In this document: piece after piece, positions 26,751-36,354 of the stretch
Layout: each line of letters opens with the position of its first letter
How positions within the stretch are numbered: position 1 is the first letter of the stretch
Assembly (NCBI GenBank): GCA_903857825.1
Contig: CAIOGI010000001.1
Location: 127,410 to 191,409 of the forward strand
DNA from: Candidatus Tayloriibacteriota bacterium
GTDB taxonomy: Bacteria > Patescibacteriota > Minisyncoccia > Phycocordibacterales > PALSA-1337
DNA: 64,000 nucleotides
Reading direction: 5' to 3'
Notes under the pieces: generated by a model
Databases searched by the model: none
The model's input: the letters and a program-made list of their open reading frames with translations, nothing else
Told to the model about the DNA's origin: nothing
Made by a program: the position numbers and the translations under genes

Positions 26751-28685
26751 ATGAATCAAGAAGATAAAAGTCAAATTGATGAATTAAACAGCTCGCTATA
26801 TTCGAGAAATGCTCCAGATATACGCAGTAAGAGACGATTTCGAAATGATGAAGAAACATCACAAGTTAAGACTGATTGGGAACATCCTAGAGAGATAGAT
26901 GAGGAGATTGAGTTTAATAAAAAAAATAAAAATAATTCAATGTCTATTTTTACAAAGTTTTTAATTTTTTCATCAATTATATTTATATTAGCACTAGGCG
27001 CTGGCATGTATATTTTGTTTAATGGTTCAAATATAATTTCTGCAGATAATATAGATATAAATATAAATGCACCGTTAACAGTTGCGGGTGGCGAGCCGGT
27101 ATCTTTTGATGTAGAGGTAGCGAATAGAAATAATATAAAATTAGAAAGCATTGACGTATCTGCGGACTTTCCGTCTGGGACAGTCGATGTTGTAGACACA
27201 ACAAAAGAGTTAAAGAATACTAAAGAATCAATTCCAGATATAGAACCAGGTAGTGTGGGAGATAAAACTTTCCAAGCTGTTTTCTATGGTGAAGAAAATA
27301 CCAAAAAACAGGTCGTTGTAACTGTTGAATACAGAGTTAGTGGTTCAAGCTCAACTTTCAAAAAGGAAAAGACATTTGAAGTGCTTATTAGCTCATCACC
27401 TTTAAATTTAACAGTATCAGCATTTAAAGAAGTTAATTCTGGACAGGAATTTGAGTTTTCTGTGCAGATGAATTCAAATTCAAAAGAAGTCATAAAGAAT
27501 GTTTTATTAAAAGCGGTTTATCCTTTTGGCTTTACTTTCATTTCATCAGACACTAAGTTATTTGCAGATACGACAGTATGGAAAATTGGTGATATACCAC
27601 CAAATGGTAAAAAGACAATAAAAATAAGAGGAAAAATAGATGGTCAAGATGAAGAAACAAGAGTATTCAAATTCATCACAGGGGCTCCAAGCTTAAAAAA
27701 TGATAAAATTATTGGCACAGAATATGTATCCACTTCAAAAGATATAAGTATAAAGAAGCCATTTATGACTATTGGAGTTACTTTGGACGGGGACTCTGAA
27801 TCAATAGAATACGTCGGAAGGTTCAATAATTCTATAAGAGTAGATGTTGATTATCATAACAATTTACCAACATCAATTATTGATGGAGAAGTACACGTGA
27901 AGCTTTCAGGAACTGCTTATGACAAGACAGCCATATCGTCTCAGGATGGTCTATATAGATCAGAGAACAATGAAATAATCTGGAATACAAATACTACAAG
28001 AAATCTAAAAAATATTCCTGCTGGTAGTGGTGGTAGGGTAAGTTTCAATATAATTCCAAAGGATGCGTCAAACTCATATAAAACAGTAGTGAATCCAGAC
28101 GTCTCAATAAATGTTAGCGTTAATGGTAAAAGAAATTCAGAAACAAGTGTTCCAGAATCTTTTGTGTCAAGTGCAAAGCGTCATATAAAAGTAGCTTCAA
28201 AAGTATCACTTTCTAGTCAGGTTGTACGTTCAACTGGTCCATTTACGAATACCGGGCCCGTTCCTCCGAAGGCAGAAAATGAGACAACTTATACAGTGAT
28301 TTGGACTGTCGATAACACATCGAGTTCATTATCAAATACAGAAGTGAAGTCTAGTCTGCCACCTTATGTTAAGTGGTTAGGCAAGGTCAGTCCTTCATCA
28401 GAAGATATAACCTATAATAGCGTTGATGGAAATATAGTATGGAATGTCGGTAATGTAGGTACATATACTTTAAATAGTACCCGTCGCCGCCAAGTAGCTT
28501 TCCAGGTATCTATGACTCCAAGTATCACACAGGTAAATCAAACTCCGATATTAGTTAATCAAGCTTCATTAACAGCATTAGATGATTTTACAAATCTAGA
28601 ACTTAGTAGTAATCTAAATTCACAAGGTATAAGGTTTGGTAATGATCCGACATTCAAGGATGGTGATGATAGGGTGGTAAGATAA
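26751..28685 (+). CDS. hypothetical single-pass membrane protein with large extracytoplasmic beta-rich region
   Basis: Charged N-terminus, a TM helix (IFTKFLIFSSIIFILALGAGMYILF), then ~550 aa of Ser/Thr/Asn-rich beta-strand-like sequence. Confidence 0.4.
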   Translation: MNQEDKSQIDELNSSLYSRNAPDIRSKRRFRNDEETSQVKTDWEHPREIDEEIEFNKKNKNNSMSIFTKFLIFSSIIFILALGAGMYILFNGSNIISADNIDININAPLTVAGGEPVSFDVEVANRNNIKLESIDVSADFPSGTVDVVDTTKELKNTKESIPDIEPGSVGDKTFQAVFYGEENTKKQVVVTVEYRVSGSSSTFKKEKTFEVLISSSPLNLTVSAFKEVNSGQEFEFSVQMNSNSKEVIKNVLLKAVYPFGFTFISSDTKLFADTTVWKIGDIPPNGKKTIKIRGKIDGQDEETRVFKFITGAPSLKNDKIIGTEYVSTSKDISIKKPFMTIGVTLDGDSESIEYVGRFNNSIRVDVDYHNNLPTSIIDGEVHVKLSGTAYDKTAISSQDGLYRSENNEIIWNTNTTRNLKNIPAGSGGRVSFNIIPKDASNSYKTVVNPDVSINVSVNGKRNSETSVPESFVSSAKRHIKVASKVSLSSQVVRSTGPFTNTGPVPPKAENETTYTVIWTVDNTSSSLSNTEVKSSLPPYVKWLGKVSPSSEDITYNSVDGNIVWNVGNVGTYTLNSTRRRQVAFQVSMTPSITQVNQTPILVNQASLTALDDFTNLELSSNLNSQGIRFGNDPTFKDGDDRVVR

Positions 28686-28710
28686 TTTATTTTGTTAAAT
28701 AATATTAAAC

Positions 28711-30063
28711 ATGGCAATAAAAGAAGAGACAAAGATGGAAAAGATAATCTCGCTTGCGAAGAGAAGGGGATTTGTATATCAAGGTTCTGAGATCTATGGA
28801 GGCCTTGCTGGTACATGGGATTATGGTCCTTATGGTGTTGAACTACGAAAGAATATAAAGGGAATGTGGTGGAAGAAATTCGTGGATGATAGAGATGATA
28901 TGTACGGTGTTGATGCTGCCATTCTTATGAATCAAAATGTTTGGAAGGCCAGTGGCCATGTCGGTGGCTTCTCTGATCCTCTGGTTGAATGCAAGAAGTG
29001 CAAACACCGTTTCCGCGAAGATCAACTTGAAGAGGAAAATCGAAAGTCAAATAAATGTCCTGACTGTGATGGAGCTCTCGGTGAGTCACGTCAATTTAAT
29101 ATGATGTTCAAGACTCACATTGGTGCAATAGAAGATGAAGAATCTATATCATATCTTCGACCGGAAACAGCACAGGGTATGTTCGTGAATTTCAAGAATA
29201 TTATGGATAGTTTTCATCCGAAGCTTCCTTTTGGCCTAGCTCAAATTGGTAAGGCCTTTAGAAATGAAATAGCCCCTCGTGATTTCATATTCCGCTCTCG
29301 AGAATTTGAACAGATGGAAATAGAGTATTTCGTAGACCCTCGGGATCAAAAGAAAGTTACTGAGACTTTTGATACTTTATTTGGAGAGCAAATTTCTTTC
29401 CTAAAAGATCTTGGTCTTTCAGATTCTAAAATTCACAAAATAGAAGTTCCAGATGCTGACCGTGCATTCTATTCAAAGAGAAGTGTAGATACTGAGTTTG
29501 ATTTTCCTTTTGGCCAAAAAGAGCTTCTCGGTATCGCTTACAGAACAGATCATGATTTGAAATCACATTTTAATTTGAGTAAGGTTGATTTGTCGTACTA
29601 TGATGAAGATACAAAGGAGAGAATAATTCCTCATTGTATAGAACCTACGTTTGGTCTTGATAGACTTATGCTAGCCGTGCTTTCCGATGCATATACTGAG
29701 GATGAGATAGATGGAGAAAAAAGAGTTTACTTAAAGTTTGCTCCAAAAGTGGCCCCAGTAAAAGTTGCTGTATTTCCTTTGCTGAAGAACAAGCCTCATC
29801 TAGTAGAAAAAGCAAAAGAAGTATTCCAAATGTTAAAGAAAGAATTCTCAGCACGAGGTATAAATGGAGTAATGTTTGATGATAATGGAAATATTGGAAA
29901 GAGATATCGTCGACAAGATGAAATAGGTACACCTTTCTGTGTAACTATAGACTTTGATACAGTAGAAAAAGACGCTGGAGTTACAGTGCGTGGCAGAGAC
30001 GGTGGAAAGCAGGAGAGGGTGGAGATGGGGAAGTTGGTGGAGTATTTGACGAAGGGGATTTAG
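28711..30063 (+). CDS. glyQS: glycyl-tRNA synthetase (alpha2 dimeric type)
   Basis: MEKIISLAKRRGFVYQGSEIYGGLAGTWDYGPYGVELRKNIK... through the class II motifs and a C-terminal anticodon-binding domain. The start may be the internal Met at 28735. Confidence 0.85.
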   Translation: MAIKEETKMEKIISLAKRRGFVYQGSEIYGGLAGTWDYGPYGVELRKNIKGMWWKKFVDDRDDMYGVDAAILMNQNVWKASGHVGGFSDPLVECKKCKHRFREDQLEEENRKSNKCPDCDGALGESRQFNMMFKTHIGAIEDEESISYLRPETAQGMFVNFKNIMDSFHPKLPFGLAQIGKAFRNEIAPRDFIFRSREFEQMEIEYFVDPRDQKKVTETFDTLFGEQISFLKDLGLSDSKIHKIEVPDADRAFYSKRSVDTEFDFPFGQKELLGIAYRTDHDLKSHFNLSKVDLSYYDEDTKERIIPHCIEPTFGLDRLMLAVLSDAYTEDEIDGEKRVYLKFAPKVAPVKVAVFPLLKNKPHLVEKAKEVFQMLKKEFSARGINGVMFDDNGNIGKRYRRQDEIGTPFCVTIDFDTVEKDAGVTVRGRDGGKQERVEMGKLVEYLTKGI

Positions 30064-30324
30064 TTATTTGTAGATATCGTGATCGCCGACATCCATTAAA
30101 GCAATTTCTTTATTTGGTAAATATTTAAAAATAATTCTATATTTATAGTTAACATACAGACTATGTTTATCTTTAATTTTTCCATGCAATTTATGTACCT
30201 TGATTGATTTATGTTTGTCTCTATCTTTGAGCATCTCAATCTTTTCTAATACTTCAGACTTGAGACTCTTATCAAGCTTATCATAAGCTTTCATGAAGCT
30301 TGGAGTATAATTTATCTCAATCAT
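30064..30324 (-). CDS. type II toxin, RelE/ParE superfamily (paralog of 5702..5965)
   Basis: The 86-aa product MIEINYTPSFMKAYDKLDKSLKSEVLEKIEML...HSLYVNYKYRIIFKYLPNKEIALMDVGDHDIYK is clearly homologous to the 5702 toxin. It overlaps the antitoxin gene by 4 nt. Confidence 0.6.
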   Translation of the reverse strand: MIEINYTPSFMKAYDKLDKSLKSEVLEKIEMLKDRDKHKSIKVHKLHGKIKDKHSLYVNYKYRIIFKYLPNKEIALMDVGDHDIYK

Positions 30325-30545
30325 TTCCTTAACTTTTTTACTAACTCGTCTAAGTCTCCCTTAAACAGTTTACCCTCCGTAATTTCTTTTTCAGCTTGGA
30401 GTAATGTCTCAATAGCCTCATTTTCACGAAACTTTTCTAATGCTTTTCTAACAAGCTGTGCTTTATTTTCGAAGTTACCGACTCGCACCTCATTTTCTAT
30501 GTATTCCACCATATTTGGTGGTAGGGGAACAGATATTGTAGTCAT
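30321..30545 (-). CDS. type II antitoxin, RHH (paralog of 5457..5678)
   Basis: ORF 30321..30617; the likely start is MTTISVPLPPNMVEYIENEVRVGNFENKAQLVRKALEKF (Met25). It shares the MTTIS(I/V)PL N-terminus with the other antitoxin. An ATGATATCAT palindrome lies upstream. Confidence 0.55.
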   Translation of the reverse strand: MTTISVPLPPNMVEYIENEVRVGNFENKAQLVRKALEKFRENEAIETLLQAEKEITEGKLFKGDLDELVKKLRK

Positions 30546-30696
30546 GTTTTTGTTTATTAAATGTATGATAATGTAATATGATGATATCATATATGTGGTT
30601 TGAGTCGATATTGACATACTTAACCTGGTATGTTTATCTTAAGTCTGGAACCAGACCTAGGTCTGACAACTGTTCCTTAACTCAAACGAAAGTATT

Positions 30697-30984
30697 ATGA
30701 TGAATTCGCCATTTCCCACTTATGTTCCCAGGATTGGGGACCTTGTCCGAGTAACTCCTGAAAAAGTGGACTACGTTACCTATCACTACAGATATTTTTG
30801 TGAGGAGGCGTATGTTACGAGTCGATTCCTCGGAGTCGACTATGAAGGCAAGACGGTCATCCTCTGCTCACTTGGTGGGCGAATGCTGATCGAACCACTG
30901 CGGTTTAACCTTGAAAACCAAATGTGCTTAACAGTGTTTGATAAGTACGACAGAATTGTGAACATCGAAGTCGTCTTGGAGTGA
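30697..30984 (+). CDS. hypothetical protein in a locally GC-elevated (~48%) segment
   Basis: 95-aa ORF whose composition differs from its neighbours; no recognisable motif. Confidence 0.3.
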   Translation: MMNSPFPTYVPRIGDLVRVTPEKVDYVTYHYRYFCEEAYVTSRFLGVDYEGKTVILCSLGGRMLIEPLRFNLENQMCLTVFDKYDRIVNIEVVLE

Positions 30985-31109
30985 TGATGGATACGCGAAA
31001 AAATCGTTCTAAGTTACTACACCGGTGGGCGCCTAATAAGCGTCCGCCTTTTCTTTTATATATAAAACATAATTAAGCAAAAAAACTTCAAATATGCTAC
31101 ATTTATTTA

Positions 31110-32390
31110 ATGAAATTCAACGAAACTATACTTCCTAATGGCCTAAAAGTCATAACTGTACCCATGACTGACAATCCCGCTGTGACTGTTTTGGTTATGG
31201 TTTCTACGGGCTCGAAATATGAGAAGAAGGAGACGAACGGCCTCTCACATTTTCTTGAGCATATGGTTTTCAAGGGCACACCAAAGCGACCAAGGTCTAT
31301 AGATATTTCTAGAGAATTAGAGTCACTGGGAGCTCAATACAATGCATTCACAGCTCAAGAATATACAGGCTACTATGCGAAAGTTAATCCAGATCATATT
31401 GACACTGCACTTGATGTGGTTTCCGATATTTATTTGAATCCATTACTGGATCAGGTGGAAATTGAAAAAGAGAAGGGGGTAATCGTGGAGGAAATAAAAA
31501 TGTATCAGGATTTACCACATAGATATGTTCAAAATCTATTTATGAGTTTAGTATACGGAGATCAACCTGCGGGATGGAATATTGCAGGCACAGAAGAAAA
31601 TGTAAAAAGTTTTTCTCAAAAGGATTTTATAAAATACAGAAAGGAACATTATGTTGCTGAAGCTACAACCGTTATTATTTCTGGTTCATTCAATGAGAAG
31701 AATATTATAGAAAAAGTCGGTAAAGCATTTTCTGGAATTTCTTTAGACAAAAAGGATAATAAGGTTCCCGTCGTTCAGGTCCAAACTAAGCCAGAAATAA
31801 TGGTGAAGTTCAAAGAGACGGACCAGGCACATCTGGTTGTTGGGGTGAGGTCATTTGATGCAAAAAGTGAAAACGACGTTGTTCTTGCTGTGCTATCTAC
31901 AATGCTTGGCCGAGGAATGAGCTCTCGACTATTCCAAAAGCTTCGCGAAGAAATGGGTGTAGGCTATTATGTAAATGCTAGTCAGGATTCATATACAGAT
32001 CATGGACTATTTTCTATCTCTACAGGTGTAGATACTAAGAGGGTTGAAGAAGTGATAAAGGTATTGCTCGCAGAGTGTAAGAAAATTATAAGCGAGCAGA
32101 TTAGCGAAGATGAAATGAAGAAAGTAAAAGATTATATTTGCGGATCGTTTATGCTCGGACTAGAAACTTCCGACGCACGAGCCGAGTATGTGGCGATAGA
32201 TACAATTTTGAAAGGCAAAATCACCCCACCAAAAGAAGAGATAGAGAAGATTCAAAAAGTCACAGTAGAACAGGTCAAAGAGATTGCGAAGAAAATCTTT
32301 GTGGACGAAGGGCTAAATTTAGCTATAATTGGTCCATATAAGGATAAAGCTATATTCGAGAAAATCCTTACTTTTAATGATCGGGACTGA
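31110..32390 (+). CDS. M16-family (pitrilysin/insulinase-like) zinc peptidase
   Basis: Inverted zinc motif HFLEHMVFKGT (HxxEH) plus a downstream Glu-containing region; two-domain length. Confidence 0.8.
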   Translation: MKFNETILPNGLKVITVPMTDNPAVTVLVMVSTGSKYEKKETNGLSHFLEHMVFKGTPKRPRSIDISRELESLGAQYNAFTAQEYTGYYAKVNPDHIDTALDVVSDIYLNPLLDQVEIEKEKGVIVEEIKMYQDLPHRYVQNLFMSLVYGDQPAGWNIAGTEENVKSFSQKDFIKYRKEHYVAEATTVIISGSFNEKNIIEKVGKAFSGISLDKKDNKVPVVQVQTKPEIMVKFKETDQAHLVVGVRSFDAKSENDVVLAVLSTMLGRGMSSRLFQKLREEMGVGYYVNASQDSYTDHGLFSISTGVDTKRVEEVIKVLLAECKKIISEQISEDEMKKVKDYICGSFMLGLETSDARAEYVAIDTILKGKITPPKEEIEKIQKVTVEQVKEIAKKIFVDEGLNLAIIGPYKDKAIFEKILTFNDRD

Positions 32391-32421
32391 TAAAAATAGT
32401 TACTTATCAAATATCATAATT

Positions 32422-33858
32422 ATGAAGAATTTTTATATCACGACAACACTTCCTTATGTAAATGGTGAACCACATATTGGCTTCGCTGTGGAGCTTATCC
32501 GTGCTGATGTTATCGCAAGAGTGAAAAAGCTTGAGGGATATGAAGTGTTTTTTAATACTGGTACAGATGAACATGGATCAAAAATTCACAAGAAGGCTGA
32601 AGAGGCTGGTGTAGATACCCAAACATATGTGAATGGCTTTGCAGAGAAATTTAAAGAACTCATACCGTTGCTCGGTATTTCAAAAGATATTAACTTCATA
32701 AGGACAACAGATGAGCATCATGTGAAGGCGGCTCAAGCTTTTTGGAAACTGTGTAAGGAAAGAGGTTTTATTTATAAAAAGAATTATACAGTTAAATACT
32801 GCGTCGGTTGTGAACTTGAAAAAACAGATTCCGAACTTGCAGATGGTAAATGTGCTTTACATCCAGCGATGAATATTGAAGAAATAAACGAAGAGAACTA
32901 CTTCTTTAAATTTTCTGAATTTCAGAAGCCGCTATTAGAATACTATGCGAAGAATCCTGATTTTGTTGTACCATCTTTTAGATTTAATGAAATAAGAAAA
33001 TTCGTTGAGGCTGGTTTGCAGGATTTTAGTATATCTCGTTTAAAGACAAAAATGCCTTGGGGTATAGAAGTGCCAGATGATGCCGACCACGTTATGTATG
33101 TCTGGTTTGACGCTTTGGTGAACTACGTTTCATGTATTGGCTGGCCAGATGATATGAATAAGTTCAGCAGATGGTGGGTAAATGCAGAAAATGTTGTTCA
33201 ATATTGTGGAAAGGATAATCTCCGTCAGCAAAGTGCAATGTGGCAGGCGATGCTTATGTCTATCGGCCTTCCAAATTCAAAACAAATAGTTATAGATGGT
33301 TTCGTCACAGGTGAGGGTGGTGTAAAAATGAGTAAATCACTTGGAAATACTGTGAACCCGGTGGAGATTGTGAATCAATACGGAACCGAGGCCCTACGCC
33401 TGTATGTATTAAAAGAAGTACATCCTTTTGAAGATAGTCCTTTCACTATGAATATGTTCAAGGAGGCATACAACGCTCACTTGGCAAATGGTCTGGGCAA
33501 TCTTGTAAGTAGAGTGATGAAAATGGCTGAGACTAATGGTGTAACTCTTAATGAAGGCAAGGCTCCTACTCTGGACTTGGCAAAACATGCAGAATTTTAT
33601 AAAAAGTTTGAGATAAATAAAGTATGTGAAGATGTTTGGCTAAGAATTCAAGAGACTGACAAATACATACAGGATAATGCTCCATTCAAAACAGTGAAGG
33701 TTGATCTAGAGAAGGGTAAGGAGCAAATAAGTTTTTTACTAGCGTCTGTATATCATATTGCTAAAGCTTTAGAGGCGATATTGCCGGAGACATCAGTGAA
33801 GATATTGGCTGCAGTAAAGGCAGGAAAGCTTGAGGCACCGTTGTTTATGAGGAAATAG
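32422..33858 (+). CDS. metG: methionyl-tRNA synthetase
   Basis: The start is MKNFYITTTLPYVNGEPHIGFAVE (HIGH-like). KMSKSLGN motif; CxxC...CxxC zinc knuckle (CVGCELEK...CALHPA). Confidence 0.9.
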   Translation: MKNFYITTTLPYVNGEPHIGFAVELIRADVIARVKKLEGYEVFFNTGTDEHGSKIHKKAEEAGVDTQTYVNGFAEKFKELIPLLGISKDINFIRTTDEHHVKAAQAFWKLCKERGFIYKKNYTVKYCVGCELEKTDSELADGKCALHPAMNIEEINEENYFFKFSEFQKPLLEYYAKNPDFVVPSFRFNEIRKFVEAGLQDFSISRLKTKMPWGIEVPDDADHVMYVWFDALVNYVSCIGWPDDMNKFSRWWVNAENVVQYCGKDNLRQQSAMWQAMLMSIGLPNSKQIVIDGFVTGEGGVKMSKSLGNTVNPVEIVNQYGTEALRLYVLKEVHPFEDSPFTMNMFKEAYNAHLANGLGNLVSRVMKMAETNGVTLNEGKAPTLDLAKHAEFYKKFEINKVCEDVWLRIQETDKYIQDNAPFKTVKVDLEKGKEQISFLLASVYHIAKALEAILPETSVKILAAVKAGKLEAPLFMRK

Positions 33859-34024
33859 TGCGGTGATGGATATATACTATAAAAACAAAAAACCGCAATA
33901 ATGCGGAATTTTGCTGGATTAATCAATGGTTTGATTAATTGAATCCTCTCTTACCAGTAAATATAGTTTAGCAAACTAATATTTTAAGTCAAGGATTTTT
34001 TTACTGAATAATTACTTTTTCCTG

Positions 34025-34093
34025 TGGACCCTACGGGAGTTGAACCCGCTAATCCTAGCTGGTAAGAAAGAATCCCAAACCGTTGGAGGGCCC
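34025..34093 (-). tRNA. tRNA-like element (7-bp acceptor stem + T-arm; D/anticodon arms not canonical); possible tRNA pseudogene or tRNA-like structure
   Basis: Minus strand: GGGCCCUCCAACGGUUUGGGAUUCUUUCUUACCAGCUAGGAUUAGCGGGUUCAACUCCCGUAGGGUCCA. The acceptor GGGCCCU/AGGGUCC and the T-arm GCGGG-UUCAACU-CCCGU pair well. No standard anticodon stem-loop can be drawn. CCA is not encoded. Confidence 0.3.
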
Positions 34094-34141
34094 ATAGGAA
34101 GAAATAATCATTCTCTGAATAGATATTAACAAAAAGTTATT

Positions 34142-34183
34142 AAGAAATTATAAATTTATTCTTAAGATTTGATAAAGATTTTA
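34142..34183. repeat. 42-bp perfect inverted repeat, left arm (flanks tatD)
   Basis: aagaaattataaatttattcttaagatttgataaagatttta is the exact reverse complement of 35012-35053. Confidence 0.75.
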
Positions 34184-34240
34184 GTTAAAACACAAGAAAT
34201 ATAACTAGCACAAGAGATATTTTGTGCTACTATTTAGTTT

Positions 34241-35014
34241 ATGAAATACATCGATATTCACTGCCACCTAAACCTTGAGCAATTTGACCTTGATTATAAA
34301 GAGGCGATTTCTCGTGCAAAGGAAAAGGAAGTTGGAATGATAATAGTGGGTACGAATTTGAAAACATCTGAAAAGGCTATAAAGATAGCTGAAGAAAATG
34401 AAAATATTTGGGCAATTGTTGGTTTACATCCAACAGAAATTCCTTGTGAGGCTTTTGATTATGATGCATATAAAAAACTGGCGCAGCATAATAAGGTTGT
34501 TGGAATAGGGGAATGTGGATTTGATTATTTTCGACAAGGATTCGAGAATAAAGCTGCACAACAAGAGGTTTTTGAAAAACAAATCGCTATTGCAAATGAA
34601 GTAAAAAAGCCACTCATGCTTCATCTTAGAAGTGGTTTGAAACCTGGAGAAAATGCATATAAGGATGCGCTCGAAGTAATTAAGAATCACGCCAAAGTCC
34701 ATGGTGATGCACATTTTTTTACTGGCAGTTGGGAAGAGGGAAAGCAATTTCTTGATCTCGGTTTTAGGCTTTCATTTACAGGAGTGATTACCTTTGCAAG
34801 GAATTATGATGAGATAATTAAAAATACTCCATTGAATATGATTATGTCAGAAACGGACGCACCTTTTGTTGCACCTGAGCCACATAGAGGAGAAAGGAAT
34901 GAACCTGCCTATGTTATAGAAGTTGCACATAAGATAGCTGAGATAAAGGGGGAGACATTAGAAAAAACACTTCCGCACCTCATTGACAATGCTAAAAAAC
35001 TGTTTTCGATTTAA
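34241..35014 (+). CDS. tatD: TatD-family metal-dependent hydrolase/DNase
   Basis: IDIHCHLN, GLHPTE, GECGFDYF, and a SETDAPF-like C-terminal motif. Confidence 0.85.
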   Translation: MKYIDIHCHLNLEQFDLDYKEAISRAKEKEVGMIIVGTNLKTSEKAIKIAEENENIWAIVGLHPTEIPCEAFDYDAYKKLAQHNKVVGIGECGFDYFRQGFENKAAQQEVFEKQIAIANEVKKPLMLHLRSGLKPGENAYKDALEVIKNHAKVHGDAHFFTGSWEEGKQFLDLGFRLSFTGVITFARNYDEIIKNTPLNMIMSETDAPFVAPEPHRGERNEPAYVIEVAHKIAEIKGETLEKTLPHLIDNAKKLFSI

Positions 35015-35053
35015 AATCTTTATCAAATCTTAAGAATAAATTTATAATTTCTT
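35012..35053. repeat. 42-bp perfect inverted repeat, right arm (includes the tatD stop codon)
   Basis: taaaatctttatcaaatcttaagaataaatttataatttctt. Confidence 0.75.
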
Positions 35054-35287
35054 TAGAACTATATATTACTATAAATCGGCCAAGCACCATTTGGCATCAA
35101 AAGGTCGATTTTATTATAAATTTCTATTAAGCCAGCCTTTAGCTTGAACTTTGTCTCTTGGTGTGATAATCTGCAATTACGTGCATTTTATCAACTAAAT
35201 ATGTGAACAGTCTTGGCTCGCACGGGCCACGCTTCGCCTTTAGGGCGGATTGCTGATCACTATTATCCTTTTAAAGGATATAAAGAA

Positions 35288-35809
35288 ATGACAAATAAAG
35301 TTTTAAAAGAGGATAAAGTACAGATATATGAAATAGGATATCTACTCATTCCTTCGATCCCAGAAGAAAAAGTGACTTCTGAAGTCGCTGTACTAAAGGG
35401 AATCCTTTCAAAGAAAGGAGCTGAGTTTATAGCAGATGAAGCACCAGAATTAAGAACTTTGGCGTATTCAATGACAAAGAAAATTGGTGCTTCAAATAAC
35501 AAATTTGAGCAAGCATATTTTGGTTGGTTCAAGTTTGAGTTATCAACGAAAGAGACTGAGAGTGTTAAGAAAGCATTTGACGAAAATCCTCATATGCTTA
35601 GAATGCTCTTTATTACTACAGTAAAGGAGGGTACTTATTTGGGTAAGAAATCTCTTAGTGCTTCACTTTCAAAAGTTGAAGAAACAATAACTGAGCCAGT
35701 ATCAAGTAAAACTGAAGAAGTTGCTGATACTGTATCTGATATTCCTGCTGCTCCAATTTCTGTAGAAGAAATTGATAAGAGTATTGATGAAATGGTGAAA
35801 GAGGCCTAG
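35288..35809 (+). CDS. rpsF: 30S ribosomal protein S6 with acidic C-terminal extension
   Basis: ORF 35213..35809; the likely start is Met26 (MTNKVLKEDKVQIYEIGYLLIPSIPEE...LAYSM), matching the S6 pattern. It has the canonical rpsF-ssb-rpsR context. Confidence 0.75.
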   Translation: MTNKVLKEDKVQIYEIGYLLIPSIPEEKVTSEVAVLKGILSKKGAEFIADEAPELRTLAYSMTKKIGASNNKFEQAYFGWFKFELSTKETESVKKAFDENPHMLRMLFITTVKEGTYLGKKSLSASLSKVEETITEPVSSKTEEVADTVSDIPAAPISVEEIDKSIDEMVKEA

Positions 35810-35850
35810 GTTAGGTTTAGTATTATTAGCTTAGTAAAAAGCAAAAAAAT

Positions 35851-36324
35851 ATGTATCTAAATAAGGCGATGGTAATAGGAAATCTCACCAGAGATCCAGA
35901 AGTAAAGGCACTTCCTGCTGGAATTAAGGTAACCAGTTTTAGTGTCGCAACAAATCGATATTGGAAGGATAAGAGTGGTGCAAAGCAAGAGGCTGTAGAC
36001 TTTCATAATGTTGTAGTATTTGGTAGAACAGCAGAAATCGCAGGACAATACTTGAAAAAGGGCTCAAATGTTCTTGTGGAAGGCAGAATGCAAACTCGTT
36101 CTTGGGATGATAAGAATGGAGGAGGGAAGAAATACCGTACTGAGATAGTGGCAGACAATGTTCAGTTTGGTACTCGTGCAGGTGGAAGTGCTGGTGCTCC
36201 AGCATCGGGCGGAAATGATAAGTTCCAGTCTCCAACGGGAGATGTGGCACAGAAGGATGCTCCTCCACTAGACACCATTGATTATCCAGAAGAAGAAATA
36301 AATCCAGACGATATTCCATTTTAG
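35851..36324 (+). CDS. ssb: single-stranded DNA-binding protein
   Basis: The OB-fold N-terminus MYLNKAMVIGNLTRDPE..., a Gly-rich linker, and the acidic tail ...DDIPF. Confidence 0.9.
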   Translation: MYLNKAMVIGNLTRDPEVKALPAGIKVTSFSVATNRYWKDKSGAKQEAVDFHNVVVFGRTAEIAGQYLKKGSNVLVEGRMQTRSWDDKNGGGKKYRTEIVADNVQFGTRAGGSAGAPASGGNDKFQSPTGDVAQKDAPPLDTIDYPEEEINPDDIPF

Positions 36325-36354
36325 TTACAAAATTTAGATTCGACATGGTGATTC

